A stretch of 64,000 bases of DNA from Candidatus Kaiserbacteria bacterium RIFCSPHIGHO2_01_FULL_53_29 (GCA_001781125.1 MFKT01000029.1:68040-132039); one strand, 5' to 3'; shown: positions 37,950 through 48,284, counted from the first letter of the stretch. The notes: a model not told the origin generated them from the letters alone. Numbers and translations are program-made.

Positions 37950-39389
37950 CTAGAGTTTGCGGCCAGCTTGCAGACGGCTTAAAACCTCGGCGAATGAGTA
38001 CGGGCTCTCTGCGATGATGAGAATGTTCTGTGTCGGAAATGAATAGTAGAGCTCAATGGTACCCGCATCGTCTTTGAGCGCACGCACGTCGTAATTGCGC
38101 ATCACAAGGTCCTGGAATGTGCGCCGGGTCGGAAGCCCGTTTTGATCCGTCGTGAGCATCGGCACTGCGGTAAAGGCGGGAGCAAGATCGGCATTCATCG
38201 TGGCCTCCCACGCGATCATCCCGGCGAATGCATGATCGTATGAGGTGACGGGGATGACGAGAACAGGGGCATTTTTATCCACCGTATGTATCCCAAAGAA
38301 AAAGTCATCGCTCAAGGCACGTATGAGGCCATCCGGAGCGTGCGCTCCGAGAGCTTGCATGAGTTCGGCGAATGTCGCAGGCCTTGTCGCGCCAGAGCCT
38401 CGTGCGGAGGCGGAGCCTGACTCGTCCACCGAGGCTTGCGCTTCGGCGGATACAATGGGAAGTATCCTCGTAATCGAGCCAAGGGTCCCGGTAGATGCGC
38501 TACGTCCCTCTCCGAGCGTGCGCTTGAGGTTACTTGGAGATTGTTCGTCGAGCGAAAGGAGGACGGTAGTTTCGGCGAAGAGAAGCGAAGACGTGTTGGG
38601 AATTGCCACTTGGCCTGAGTGTTGCTGTTGGATCGTATAGACCCCGAAAATGGCACCCCCGCCAACGACACAGAGAAGTACGATGCTGAAGATAATGCCA
38701 AATGTGCGTCTGGAGCGTTGCATGGTCCCCGCACTCTCCTCCTCGGGCACTTTTCCGCTCGCCCTGCGGTCTTCCTCGAGAGATACAGCTTTCACAAGCG
38801 AGAGCTTTTTTTCGCGCACGACACTCTGCAGGTCATTCTTGAGTGTATGCACCGCCGCGACACTTTCTGCCCCCCTCTCTGCTTCATGGGGGGTGAGGAC
38901 GGGGGGCACTTCGGGAGGATTGGCGACCGTTTCCTGAAGCAATGGGGCTTGTGGCCCGACAGATATCCCGGCTAAAACATTCTGTGTAGCAGAATATTTT
39001 CCCGATGCCGGTCTTTGCCCGGCATTTAGGGATTCTTTTGCAATCGCATCCTGAAGCGGTGTTGATGTGAGTGAAGCGTGCGGCCTCTTTTCCGCGACAG
39101 TTTGGGAGTCGCGACGCTCCGGAAGTTTTACTTCCTGAAGGATTTTTCCAATGTCTTCGCTGAGCACGCCGGAGCGCGCGGCGGGAGCTTCGAGCGGATC
39201 TGATTTTGGCGGTTGTCGCACCGGTGTCGGCGCTACCGCAGGTTGTTGTGCGGGATTCGAATTAGGTTCTCCCGCCACCACCTTGGCTTCGGCGGGCAAG
39301 GCGGCAGGCTTGTCCCCCGCAACATAAGCCTCGGAGGAGCCGGTCGTTTTAAGTTCTGCGGTTTGGGGGTCTGTCTGGTCGTCTACCAT
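37950..39389 (-). CDS. Hypothetical bitopic membrane protein
   Basis: Pro-rich N-terminus, central TM, AFAGMIAWE and FQDLVMRNYDVR in the C-terminal domain. Confidence 0.75.
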   Translation of the reverse strand: MVDDQTDPQTAELKTTGSSEAYVAGDKPAALPAEAKVVAGEPNSNPAQQPAVAPTPVRQPPKSDPLEAPAARSGVLSEDIGKILQEVKLPERRDSQTVAEKRPHASLTSTPLQDAIAKESLNAGQRPASGKYSATQNVLAGISVGPQAPLLQETVANPPEVPPVLTPHEAERGAESVAAVHTLKNDLQSVVREKKLSLVKAVSLEEDRRASGKVPEEESAGTMQRSRRTFGIIFSIVLLCVVGGGAIFGVYTIQQQHSGQVAIPNTSSLLFAETTVLLSLDEQSPSNLKRTLGEGRSASTGTLGSITRILPIVSAEAQASVDESGSASARGSGATRPATFAELMQALGAHAPDGLIRALSDDFFFGIHTVDKNAPVLVIPVTSYDHAFAGMIAWEATMNADLAPAFTAVPMLTTDQNGLPTRRTFQDLVMRNYDVRALKDDAGTIELYYSFPTQNILIIAESPYSFAEVLSRLQAGRKL

Positions 39390-41574
39390 TGTATTCGCCG
39401 CCGCCTTGATCCGGCTTCAGGCCCTTGCGCGTGGCCCACTCCGGATCGGCAGCTTTGATAGAGAGATTATAGCGCCCTTTCTCGTCGATTTCTTTCAGTA
39501 CCACGGGAACGATGTCCCCGATCTGCACGGCATCCGAGATCTTACCGATGCGGAAGGGGGCCACTTCAGAGACGTGCACAAGTCCGTCCTGATTGGGAGT
39601 GATCTTGACGAATGCTCCGAAGTCCATAAGGCGAACGACGGGGCCTTCGAATCTGTCACCCACCATGTATTCGCGCGTGAGATCACTGATCTCTTTCTGC
39701 GCCGCCTCTGCGGCTCCGTCTTTTCCGGTGATAAATATCGTACCGTCTTCTTCGATGGTGATGTCGTCCGCTCCGGTACGCTCACGAATGCCGTTGATCA
39801 TCTTGCCGCCGGGGCCGATGACGAGTCCGATCTGGTCCTTCTTCACGATAATCGTAAGGATCTTCGGCGCGCGGGGCGAGATGTCAGCACGTGGCGATGC
39901 GATCTCTTTCGTAATAACCTCGAGAATTTGCATCCGCGCTTTTTTTGCCTGCGCAAATGCTTCGCCCAACACTTTGAGCGGTACGCCATCGACTTTCACA
40001 TCCATCTGCACGGCGGTGACTCCCTCTGAAGTTCCTGCGACCTTGAAATCCATGTCGCCGTGATGGTCTTCCGGTCCCTGGATGTCAGTAAGAACTTTGT
40101 ATTGCATTTCACTGCTGCCTGTTTTCTGTTTGCCGGCGCCTGACATGAGGCCCATCGCGATCCCTGCGACAGGGCGCGTGATGGGCACCCCTGCATCCAT
40201 GAGCGCGAGTGCGCCCGCGCACACGCTTGCCATCGAGGTCGAGCCATTGGATGCGAGCGACTCACAGACGACCCGGATGGTGTATGGGAAGACATCTTTC
40301 TGCGGAAGGACTGCGCGCAGAGCTTTCTCTGCGAGTGCACCGTGGCCTGTCATGCGGCGGTTGAATCCGCCGACACGCCCTGTTTCTCCCACGGAAAATG
40401 GCGGGAAATTGTAGTGGAGCATGAACGTCTTTTTGGTTTCTTGGTACTCGATAGTGTCGATGAGCTGCGCATCCCCGGGGCCGCCGAGCGTGAGCGCCGC
40501 AAGCACGTGCGTTTGCCCGCGATAGAAGAGACCGGTGCCGTGGATGACGGGAGAGATATTTCCAGCTTGCGCGAACAAGGGGCGTATCTCATCGAATGCG
40601 CGACCGTCGACGCGCTTCCCGCTCTTTATTGCAAGATCGTGCACATATTCGTCCACGCGGTGTTCGTAGTAGGTGCTTATTTTGCCGGACTCAATGTCGG
40701 GAAATGTCGCTGCCGCGTGCGCTGCCCATTCTCCCTTAAGTTCGTTGAAGTCTTCTTTTGCCAGCATATCTTTCTTTGCCTTGATGCGTGACATAACGAC
40801 CTCATCGAAGACAGAAATGAGCCTCCCGTCGTCCTCGAAGGGCGGGATGAATTTTGATTTAGGAACGGCACGCTCTGCGATGATCGTTTTTTGCCATGTC
40901 TGCAATTTTTCTATCTCCTCGCTCGCGCGTGCGAGTGCCGCCTCGAGTGCCTCTTCGGGCACTTCCGCGGCGCCGACTTCTATCATATTAATGAGACCGT
41001 CTTTGCCGCAGGTGAGAAGATCCATTTGCGCGGTGGTCTCAAGACGCTGAATGTAATTGGGGTTGACGATGAACGCATCGGTCCCTTTATCCCGAGCACC
41101 GTCGAGGGGCTTTTCTATCCCGATACGCACAGCAGAAACAGGACCGTTCCATGGAATATTGGATGTGGCGAGTGCGAGTGATGCTGCGTTGACCGCCAGC
41201 ACATCGGTATCGTATTCTTCGAGCGAGAGCACGGTGATTATGACCTGTATTTCTCGCGTCAGTCCTTTGGGAAAAAGTGGGCGAATAGTGCGGTCGACGA
41301 TGCGGCCCGAAAGTATTGCTTCATCGGAGGGCCTCCCTTCGCGGCGCATGAAGCGCGAGCCGAGGATCGCTCCTGCTGCATAGAATTTCTCCTCATATTC
41401 GACGGTGAGGGGGAAATAATCTTTGTCTGATTCCCGGCCCATGACCGCAGTTGCTAAAACGGCGCTATTGCCATAGCGCACGAGAACCGAACCATTTGCC
41501 TGGTCCGCCCAGTCGTTGAACTCGGCCGACATCGTATGCCCCCCAATTTCGAGAGAATATACCTTCTTTTCCAT
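39349..41574 (-). CDS. pnp: Polyribonucleotide nucleotidyltransferase (PNPase)
   Basis: FPLTVEYEE, RREGRP, DRTIRPLFP, HYNFPPFS, SNGSTSMAS, GDMDFKVAG, KH and S1 domains. Confidence 0.97.
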   Translation of the reverse strand: MEKKVYSLEIGGHTMSAEFNDWADQANGSVLVRYGNSAVLATAVMGRESDKDYFPLTVEYEEKFYAAGAILGSRFMRREGRPSDEAILSGRIVDRTIRPLFPKGLTREIQVIITVLSLEEYDTDVLAVNAASLALATSNIPWNGPVSAVRIGIEKPLDGARDKGTDAFIVNPNYIQRLETTAQMDLLTCGKDGLINMIEVGAAEVPEEALEAALARASEEIEKLQTWQKTIIAERAVPKSKFIPPFEDDGRLISVFDEVVMSRIKAKKDMLAKEDFNELKGEWAAHAAATFPDIESGKISTYYEHRVDEYVHDLAIKSGKRVDGRAFDEIRPLFAQAGNISPVIHGTGLFYRGQTHVLAALTLGGPGDAQLIDTIEYQETKKTFMLHYNFPPFSVGETGRVGGFNRRMTGHGALAEKALRAVLPQKDVFPYTIRVVCESLASNGSTSMASVCAGALALMDAGVPITRPVAGIAMGLMSGAGKQKTGSSEMQYKVLTDIQGPEDHHGDMDFKVAGTSEGVTAVQMDVKVDGVPLKVLGEAFAQAKKARMQILEVITKEIASPRADISPRAPKILTIIVKKDQIGLVIGPGGKMINGIRERTGADDITIEEDGTIFITGKDGAAEAAQKEISDLTREYMVGDRFEGPVVRLMDFGAFVKITPNQDGLVHVSEVAPFRIGKISDAVQIGDIVPVVLKEIDEKGRYNLSIKAADPEWATRKGLKPDQGGGEYNGRRPDRPPNRRT

Positions 41575-41601
41575 TATCTCTTTGGGTGATGTTGGGACCT
41601 G

Positions 41602-41704
41602 CCCCGTAGTGAGTCCAGCTTCCTCTCGCAGACAGCTCAATTCCTGATTGTGGTGCCCGACCTCTCGGACAACGTAATCAAAAATTGAGGACTCTACTGC
41701 GGGG
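41602..41704. repeat. Long hairpin (CCCCGTAGT family) in the pnp leader
   Basis: ccccgtagtgagtcc/ggactctactgcgggg outer stem; ctcaatt/aattgag and tgatt/aatca inner stems. Confidence 0.7.
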
Positions 41705-41863
41705 TTTCAGCGAAAACACTCGCCTATCCAAACACCACGACTATTTATTAATGTAGCCAGTATACCCAAATCCCGCGTTTTTACAATACTTATCTATCGA
41801 TTTGATGACGCGGGGCGTGTAGCGGAGTAACGTGCTGCTTCTTTTGTGTTTTGTGCGGATCCC

Positions 41864-41891
41864 CACCAACAATTCCATGGAATTGTTGGTG
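41864..41891. promoter_or_regulatory. Perfect 28-bp palindrome, candidate operator
   Basis: CACCAACAATTCCATGGAATTGTTGGTG. Confidence 0.65.
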
Positions 41892-41902
41892 AGACACATT
41901 TG

Positions 41903-42175
41903 CTAGATGAAGAGCCTAACGGTTTTAGTGAAATCTTGCGGCATGCGGGAGTTGAGTGAATAGAACACGTGGCCATCCCTCCCTTCTACTCCCAATACGC
42001 CGAGCTTCTGGAGCATGATGAGGTGATTGGATGTTGCGGTGACGGAGATCCTTAGCGCCTCCGCGATATCGCCCACATTCATTTTGCGTCGTGTAGATAA
42101 CAGGATAACTATCTTGAGCCGATTTAGATTCGAGAGAGCTTTGAAAACGATAGTCCACCGCTGCATGTCTTTCAT
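41903..42175 (-). CDS. ArsR/SmtB family transcriptional regulator
   Basis: FKALSNLNRLKIV, MNVGDIAE, TSNHL, RDGHVFYSL. Confidence 0.9.
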   Translation of the reverse strand: MKDMQRWTIVFKALSNLNRLKIVILLSTRRKMNVGDIAEALRISVTATSNHLIMLQKLGVLGVEGRDGHVFYSLNSRMPQDFTKTVRLFI

Positions 42176-42191
42176 ATCAAAAGTATAGCAC

Positions 42192-42215
42192 ACAACAATT
42201 CCATGGAATTGTTGT
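42192..42215. promoter_or_regulatory. Perfect 24-bp palindrome, candidate ArsR operator
   Basis: ACAACAATTCCATGGAATTGTTGT next to the arsR -10 box. Confidence 0.7.
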
Positions 42216-42275
42216 AGGGCGTTGGGTGAACTGGGGACGTGTTGAAGCGCAGACGAACATGCTATCATATCGACC

Positions 42276-43259
42276 ATGCAGATCTTGGTGTTTCCGGCGA
42301 TTCTGACAGTGGTCGCCTCTGTCGCGGCATATGCGTGGGGCGGCCCCACCGCGCTTTTTCTCCTTGTCATCCTCGTCGTGCTTGAAACGACGCTTTCATT
42401 CGATAATGCCGTCGTGAATGCCAAGGTGCTCTCGCGGATGGATGAGAAATGGCAGCGGAGATTTCTTACGTGGGGCATCCCGATCGCGGTATTCGGCACG
42501 CGCTTTGTGCTTCCCATTCTCATCGTCTCGGCAGCCGCCGCGATCGACCCCATTGCTGTATTCAAACTCGCGATCTTCGATTCTATCCGGTATGGAGAAT
42601 ACCTTCACGACGCGCATGTATCGATCGCCGCGTTCGGTAGTGCATTCCTCTTTCTCGTTTCTCTCAAATATTTTTTTAATACAGCGAAGACGGTGCACTG
42701 GCTCGGATGGATCGAACGGTACTTTTCGCGCTGGGGCGGTATCGAAGCGATCGAGATCGCACTTGTCCTCCTGATCCTGCTCGTTGCCGCCTTTTTTGAG
42801 CCGCAGAAGGCTGCCGCGATCCTCATGGCGGGCCTCATTGGCATCATCCTTTTCATCGTTATTCAGGGGGTCGCCCAGTCTTTTGAGATGAAAGCCGGAC
42901 ATGAAACGGTTGCCGCAGGCGCTGCTCTGTTCGTCTATCTCAATGTTCTTGACTCCGCTTTTTCACTCGATGGCGTTGTCGCGGCATTCGCGGTTACATC
43001 AAGTCTCCCGCTCATTATTGCCGGTCTCGGCATCGGTGCTCTCTTTGTGCGCTCATTCACCGTGCTTCTCGTTCGGGCGAAAACTCTTGAAACCCTTATC
43101 TACCTCGAACACGGGGCGCACTGGGCGATCCTCGGGCTCGCGCTCGCGATGCTTATGAGCATTTTTGTGCACGTGCCGGAAATCATCACCGGCCTCATCG
43201 GTCTGGTATTTATCATACTCGCGTATATCTCATCGCGCAGAGAGATGCGCGCTACATAA
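42276..43259 (+). CDS. DUF475 / TerC-like membrane protein
   Basis: LETTLSFDNAVVNA, FLTWGI, LDSAFSLDGV, YLEHGAHWAI. Confidence 0.9.
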   Translation: MQILVFPAILTVVASVAAYAWGGPTALFLLVILVVLETTLSFDNAVVNAKVLSRMDEKWQRRFLTWGIPIAVFGTRFVLPILIVSAAAAIDPIAVFKLAIFDSIRYGEYLHDAHVSIAAFGSAFLFLVSLKYFFNTAKTVHWLGWIERYFSRWGGIEAIEIALVLLILLVAAFFEPQKAAAILMAGLIGIILFIVIQGVAQSFEMKAGHETVAAGAALFVYLNVLDSAFSLDGVVAAFAVTSSLPLIIAGLGIGALFVRSFTVLLVRAKTLETLIYLEHGAHWAILGLALAMLMSIFVHVPEIITGLIGLVFIILAYISSRREMRAT

Positions 43260-43261
43260 GG

Positions 43262-43915
43262 TCACTCCACTCCCGTGATCTTGCCGATCTTGGATATGTC
43301 CTCCGTCGATTGTGGCGCTATGGAATCTTCAGACGCTGATACCTGCACATCGCTTGCTTGCCCTGAACCAGACGAGCGGGTCGAACGACGGCGCATGGTG
43401 GGGCCACGGTAATTGATGAGGTAGCGGCGCGGTTCTTCGTCGAGGTCGAGGAAGTGGTCGGTCGCTTCTTTGAGTTTGAGGGATGTGGAGCGCCCGAAGG
43501 ATACCACTTCCACCTGACAGCCTGCGTGGATCTTCAGGTATTCGACGAGCGGAATGAAGTCACCGTCACCGGTAAAAAGTATCACCGTGTCGAGCTTGGA
43601 CGACGCGGTGATGGCGTCGACCGCCAGCCCCACGTCCCAGTCGGCCTTTTTGGCACCGCCATAGAATATCTGGAGATCTTTGGTTTTTGGCTCGATGCCC
43701 ATTTTGGTGAGTGCCTCGAGAAATGCAGTCTCCTCGCCGGACTCGGTCGTCACCATGTAGGCGCGCGCGCGAATGAGGCGGCGACCGGCGACCGAATCTT
43801 TGAGCACGTTGCCGAAATTCACGCGTGCGTGATAAATATTCTTCGCGCTATGGTAGAGATTTTGCGTGTCGATGAAGACGCCGACGCGCTGTTCCGGATG
43901 CTTGATGATGGCCAT
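43262..43915 (-). CDS. NYN domain (LabA/DUF88, PIN-like) protein
   Basis: VFIDTQNLY, KADWDVGLAVD, TGDGDF. Confidence 0.9.
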   Translation of the reverse strand: MAIIKHPEQRVGVFIDTQNLYHSAKNIYHARVNFGNVLKDSVAGRRLIRARAYMVTTESGEETAFLEALTKMGIEPKTKDLQIFYGGAKKADWDVGLAVDAITASSKLDTVILFTGDGDFIPLVEYLKIHAGCQVEVVSFGRSTSLKLKEATDHFLDLDEEPRRYLINYRGPTMRRRSTRSSGSGQASDVQVSASEDSIAPQSTEDISKIGKITGVE

Positions 43916-43918
43916 AAA

Positions 43919-44056
43919 TAGCTTGGAGCCAGTAGCTTGTAGCTAGTAGCAATAAAAAATAAAAAAGAATTTATAAAAAACTTACTAAAGTGTACTCCCT
44001 TACGAAACGCGAGCAAACGAATTTGCTCCAGGCTACCGGCTACGAGCTACAGGCTA
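43919..44056. repeat. Inverted heptamer-array element
   Basis: tagcttggagccagtagcttgtagctagtagc ... gctccaggctaccggctacgagctacaggcta; one end coincides with the rpsO stop codon. Confidence 0.85.
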
Positions 44057-44320
44057 TTTCTTGAGCCCAAGCTTCTTGATCAAAGTACCGTACGCGCGCT
44101 TATTTGTAACCTCAAGATATTTCAGATGCTTGCGGCGGTCGGCGACGAGGCCCAAAAGCCCGCGGCGTCCGTGCTTGTCCTTGCGGTTCTTGTCCAAATG
44201 GACCGAAAGTTCCTCGATACGGCGGGTCAAAACAGTGACCTGCACTTCGGGAGACCCTGTATCCGTATCGTGCCGGCGTGCTTTCGCTATCTCGTTCGCT
44301 TTCTTACGCTTCGTAAGCAT
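44054..44320 (-). CDS. rpsO: 30S ribosomal protein S15
   Basis: DTGSPEVQV, HL...KDKHGRRGLL, LGLK. Confidence 0.97.
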   Translation of the reverse strand: MLTKRKKANEIAKARRHDTDTGSPEVQVTVLTRRIEELSVHLDKNRKDKHGRRGLLGLVADRRKHLKYLEVTNKRAYGTLIKKLGLKK

Positions 44321-44360
44321 GCTCGGAATGATATCACATTCCGCCTCAGAATGCAAGGGT

Positions 44361-44894
44361 TTATTGAGCTTTTTCCGTTGCTGGGACGGTCGGCACTGCC
44401 TCGACTTTTACCAACTGCACGTCGAAGACCAGCGTCGAATTACCGGGAATTATCACTTTTCCAGTCGCATCTTTCACATCTTGCGCACCATATCCGAGAG
44501 TTGGCGGGATCGCGAGCAGTCGCTCGCCTCCTTCCTTCATACCATTCACGCCGATCTGAAAACCGGGAATCGGTACGATTGGCCCCTCGCTTGCACCGAG
44601 CACGAATTCGAGCGGCACGTTGCCGTGCGCGGCAGAGCTATCGAATACGGTACCGTCGGTAAATTTGCCGACATAGAGGACTGAAACCCGCATGCCGGGC
44701 TCCGCGACTTTTCCGGTACCGACTTTCACATCTTGCCCTTGTACCTGCGGAGTCGTAGTGCCGGTAGAGGCCGTTTGATCCTGCGGATTTGCAGCGGCTG
44801 GAGCTGCGGGACTCATCGAGGTGTAAACAAAATATCCTCCGATAATGATGATAAGGATAACGACGACCGAAATAACAATAGTTTTTGTGTTCAT
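44361..44894 (-). CDS. FKBP-type peptidyl-prolyl isomerase, membrane-anchored
   Basis: YVGKFTDGTVFDSS, GMKEGGER, IPPTLGYG, IPGNSTLVFDV. Confidence 0.93.
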   Translation of the reverse strand: MNTKTIVISVVVILIIIIGGYFVYTSMSPAAPAAANPQDQTASTGTTTPQVQGQDVKVGTGKVAEPGMRVSVLYVGKFTDGTVFDSSAAHGNVPLEFVLGASEGPIVPIPGFQIGVNGMKEGGERLLAIPPTLGYGAQDVKDATGKVIIPGNSTLVFDVQLVKVEAVPTVPATEKAQ

Positions 44895-44966
44895 ATGCCC
44901 TCTACCATAGCGCGGTAGAAAAATTGTGCAAGTGTGGATAGATGGTCAATTTGATAGAGTGAAGGT

Positions 44967-46247
44967 ATGGAACACCCCAAGGGTAGTGCCGTCGACAGGT
45001 GCACATCTCCAAACGATGTGCCGATTTCCTATCACTCGAATACTCGCGATGGAAATCGGGAGCCCCTCGCGTCGCAGATCAGACCGAAGAGTTTGGATGA
45101 GTTTGTTGGGCAATCTCATTTGACCGGTGTGGGGAAGCCTTTGCGAGTTGCGATCGAGAAGGAAGAATTGTTCTCTTTCGTCCTGTGGGGCCCGCCCGGC
45201 TCGGGCAAGACGACGCTTGCGCGGATCTATGCCAATGCGGTCGGCGCGGATTTTTATGAACTCTCGGCGGTAGACGCGGGCAAAGAAGATATCAAGAAAG
45301 TCATCCGCCTTCGCCAAGGCTTCGGCGGACAAGTCGGCTCCCTTCTCATCGAAAAGCCACGGGTACTGTTCATCGACGAGATACATCGGTTCAACAAGGC
45401 GCAACAAGATTTTCTCCTTCCCTTCGTCGAGCGTGGCGACATCACGCTTATCGGTGCCACGACCGAGAATCCGAGTTTTGAGATTATTTCTCCGCTCCTT
45501 TCTCGCACGCGCGTCTTTGTTCTGAATGAACATACCGAAAGCGAGATGGAGAAAATTATCAAACGCACAAAATTAAAAATCCCGAAAGACGCAAGAGATT
45601 GGCTGATCCAAATGGCCGGTGGCGATGCGCGGCAAGCCATCACGACACTGGAGACCGCAAATGCTTTATACGGCAAAATCACACTGGATACTTTGAAAGA
45701 AGCAATACAGTCCAAGCACCTGCGCTATGACAAAAAAGGCGAGGAGCACTACAACACCATCTCCGCATTCATTAAAAGTATGCGCGCCTCGCAGCCTGAC
45801 GCCGCGCTCTACTACCTCGCGCGCATGGTGGACGCTGGCGAGGATCCCAAATTCATCGCACGGCGGATGGTTATTTTTGCAAGTGAAGATATCGGGCTTG
45901 CCCAGCCGACCGCGCTCGTCGTTGCGAATGCTGTATTCGAAGCGGTCAACAAGATCGGCTACCCAGAGGCGACGATCAATCTCGCGCACGGCGTTGCCTA
46001 CCTCGCACAGTGCAAAAAAGATAGGCGCGCGTACGATGCCATCTTTGAAGCGCTCGACGACGTGAAAAAGCATGGCAATCTCCCTATTCCGATGAAGGTC
46101 CGCAATGCGCCGACGAAATTGATGAAAGGTTTGAAGTACGGGAAAGGTTACGAAATGTACCCTGAAAAGTCGCGAGGCGACCACGGGGCAGGCGACAAAG
46201 AATCCTACCTGCCCGACAAGCTTAAAAAGAAAAAGTACTTGAAGTAA
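44967..46247 (+). CDS. rarA: Replication-associated recombination protein A (RarA/MgsA)
   Basis: PLASQIRP, WGPPGSGKTT, DEIHRFNKAQQD, GATTENPSF, ISAFIKSMR, ASEDIG. Confidence 0.95.
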   Translation: MEHPKGSAVDRCTSPNDVPISYHSNTRDGNREPLASQIRPKSLDEFVGQSHLTGVGKPLRVAIEKEELFSFVLWGPPGSGKTTLARIYANAVGADFYELSAVDAGKEDIKKVIRLRQGFGGQVGSLLIEKPRVLFIDEIHRFNKAQQDFLLPFVERGDITLIGATTENPSFEIISPLLSRTRVFVLNEHTESEMEKIIKRTKLKIPKDARDWLIQMAGGDARQAITTLETANALYGKITLDTLKEAIQSKHLRYDKKGEEHYNTISAFIKSMRASQPDAALYYLARMVDAGEDPKFIARRMVIFASEDIGLAQPTALVVANAVFEAVNKIGYPEATINLAHGVAYLAQCKKDRRAYDAIFEALDDVKKHGNLPIPMKVRNAPTKLMKGLKYGKGYEMYPEKSRGDHGAGDKESYLPDKLKKKKYLK

Positions 46248-46374
46248 TGGACTTTGTCTGTGCACAGGTTATGCACAGGCGCCCTCATTGTTTCCTCATA
46301 TACGAGGTTTACAGTTGAGATGTGCGTATTATGAATCGCACGTGGATGCGCGCGTGCATTAAGTATTATTATGT

Positions 46375-48195
46375 ATGAACAACAATACACGAGGGACCTG
46401 GCGCCGAAGCGTAGCTGCGGCGTCGGTCTCTCTTTTACTGGCCGCTCCTCTCCTCGCCTCGGCGCAAGTTTCTAACGACCCGCTCGGGCGACAGATAGTT
46501 GATAGAATATTCGCGCAGTTATGCGCGCGCGGGATCTTGAAATCTGCACGATGCCAGCCGCCGCCTCCTGCACCGGCGACGCTAACCCTCGTCAAAACGG
46601 TCGTGAACGACAACGGCGGCACGGCAACGACAACCGACTTTCAGGCGAAGATCGACGGAGTGAATGTAGCATGGGGTGTTGCGCAGACCGTGACGGCTGG
46701 TGCCCACATCGCTTCCGAAGTGAACATGGCCGGGTATATGGCTTCTTCTTGGGGTGGCGACTGTGCCGCTAACGGCACGATTACTCTCGCTGCAGGCGAG
46801 AACAAGACCTGCACGATAACCAACAACGACGATCCGCCGACTCCCCCTCCCGCCGGGCACCTCATTGTCGATAAGGTCACGCAGCCGGCGGAAAGCGCGA
46901 GAGAATTCGAAATTCTCGCTTCCGGCACTGGCACGATTACCGGCGGTGGAGCAGGAACGACTACGGATGCGACGAGCAAGAGTTACGAGGTGACAGCGGG
47001 CACCTACTCGGTAACGGAAACGGTGCCTGATGGCTGGACGATGGTGAGCAATACGTGCGTTGACGTTACGGTTGCTTCAGGGGAAACAGAAACCTGCGTC
47101 ATTACCAACGCGAAGTTGCCTACACTCACCGTCACAAAAGTAGTCGTGAACGACAACGGCGGTACGGCAACGACCTCGGACTTCATGCTCTTCGTGGATG
47201 GCATGATGACGACTTCAGGAGTTGCCACAACATCAACGATCGGCGCACACACGGTATCGGAAACAGCAAGCTCGACATACAGCATGTCTATCAGCGGAGA
47301 TTGCGCGGTAAATGGCTCCATTACGCTCGCCGCAGGTGATGTGAAGACTTGCACAATAACCAATGACGATAATCCGCCTGCGCCGCCGACGACAGGTACG
47401 ATTACCGTGATAAAAGTTGTGGTGAACGACGACGAGGGCACCGCAACTTCTTCCGACTCCATAATGCACCTCCACACGGTCGATCCATTGACTGATGTGA
47501 GCGGCTCTCCACAACCGGGGAGCGCCGATGGCACAACGTACAGTGACATTGCGCCCGGAACGTATCACGTCGAAGAAACGGACGGGCCGGATGGATACAC
47601 GACAGCCTTTGGAGGCGCTTGCGACTCCGATGGATTCATTACACTCGCCGCAGGCGAATCGAAGACCTGCACAGTAACCAATGACGACACTCCACCACAA
47701 GCCGAAGGGAAACTCTTGATCAATGAGGTACTCTATGACGTTAACACTTCGACACAAGGTGCAGAAGGAGATAACGAGTGGATCGAAATCTTCAATGGCA
47801 CAAACGCCGCGATCGACCTCGGGGGTTTCACTGTAAGTGACAATACGTCCACAACGACATTACCGGAAAGCACCATTCTCCCGAGCGATGCATATCTTCT
47901 CGTCTTTGCAACAACGACAACGGCGGACTTCTGGCCATCTATACCCGAAGGCACAATGATTGTTGTGGTGGAAGACGGGATAGGCCAACTAGGAAATGGT
48001 GGAGACCGGGTTATTCTGCGGAATTCAGAGGGTCAAGATGTGGACGGTGTGAGTTGGGGAAGCGACACAACGGTGCTCGATCCTTCCGTCCCAGTTGCTC
48101 TCGACGGCTACTCGATTGTGCGCCAAAGCCCGACAACTGATACCGACACCAACGCAGATTGGACCCAAACAATATCACCGACGCCGGGATCCTGA
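46375..48195 (+). CDS. Secreted protein with Ig/prealbumin-like repeats and a C-terminal lamin-tail domain
   Basis: Signal peptide; three VK.VVND..GTAT..D...C..ITLAAGE.KTCT.TNDD repeats; INEVLYD..EWIEIFN..IDLGGF..TPG. Confidence 0.85.
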   Translation: MNNNTRGTWRRSVAAASVSLLLAAPLLASAQVSNDPLGRQIVDRIFAQLCARGILKSARCQPPPPAPATLTLVKTVVNDNGGTATTTDFQAKIDGVNVAWGVAQTVTAGAHIASEVNMAGYMASSWGGDCAANGTITLAAGENKTCTITNNDDPPTPPPAGHLIVDKVTQPAESAREFEILASGTGTITGGGAGTTTDATSKSYEVTAGTYSVTETVPDGWTMVSNTCVDVTVASGETETCVITNAKLPTLTVTKVVVNDNGGTATTSDFMLFVDGMMTTSGVATTSTIGAHTVSETASSTYSMSISGDCAVNGSITLAAGDVKTCTITNDDNPPAPPTTGTITVIKVVVNDDEGTATSSDSIMHLHTVDPLTDVSGSPQPGSADGTTYSDIAPGTYHVEETDGPDGYTTAFGGACDSDGFITLAAGESKTCTVTNDDTPPQAEGKLLINEVLYDVNTSTQGAEGDNEWIEIFNGTNAAIDLGGFTVSDNTSTTTLPESTILPSDAYLLVFATTTTADFWPSIPEGTMIVVVEDGIGQLGNGGDRVILRNSEGQDVDGVSWGSDTTVLDPSVPVALDGYSIVRQSPTTDTDTNADWTQTISPTPGS

Positions 48196-48284
48196 AGCCG
48201 TTACTCCATCAAAGCTTTTTTCAGATCGAAATTGGTGGTTTGGTAGACGAAGTTGATCCATCAGCACCTGTTGTATTCGGGAGG

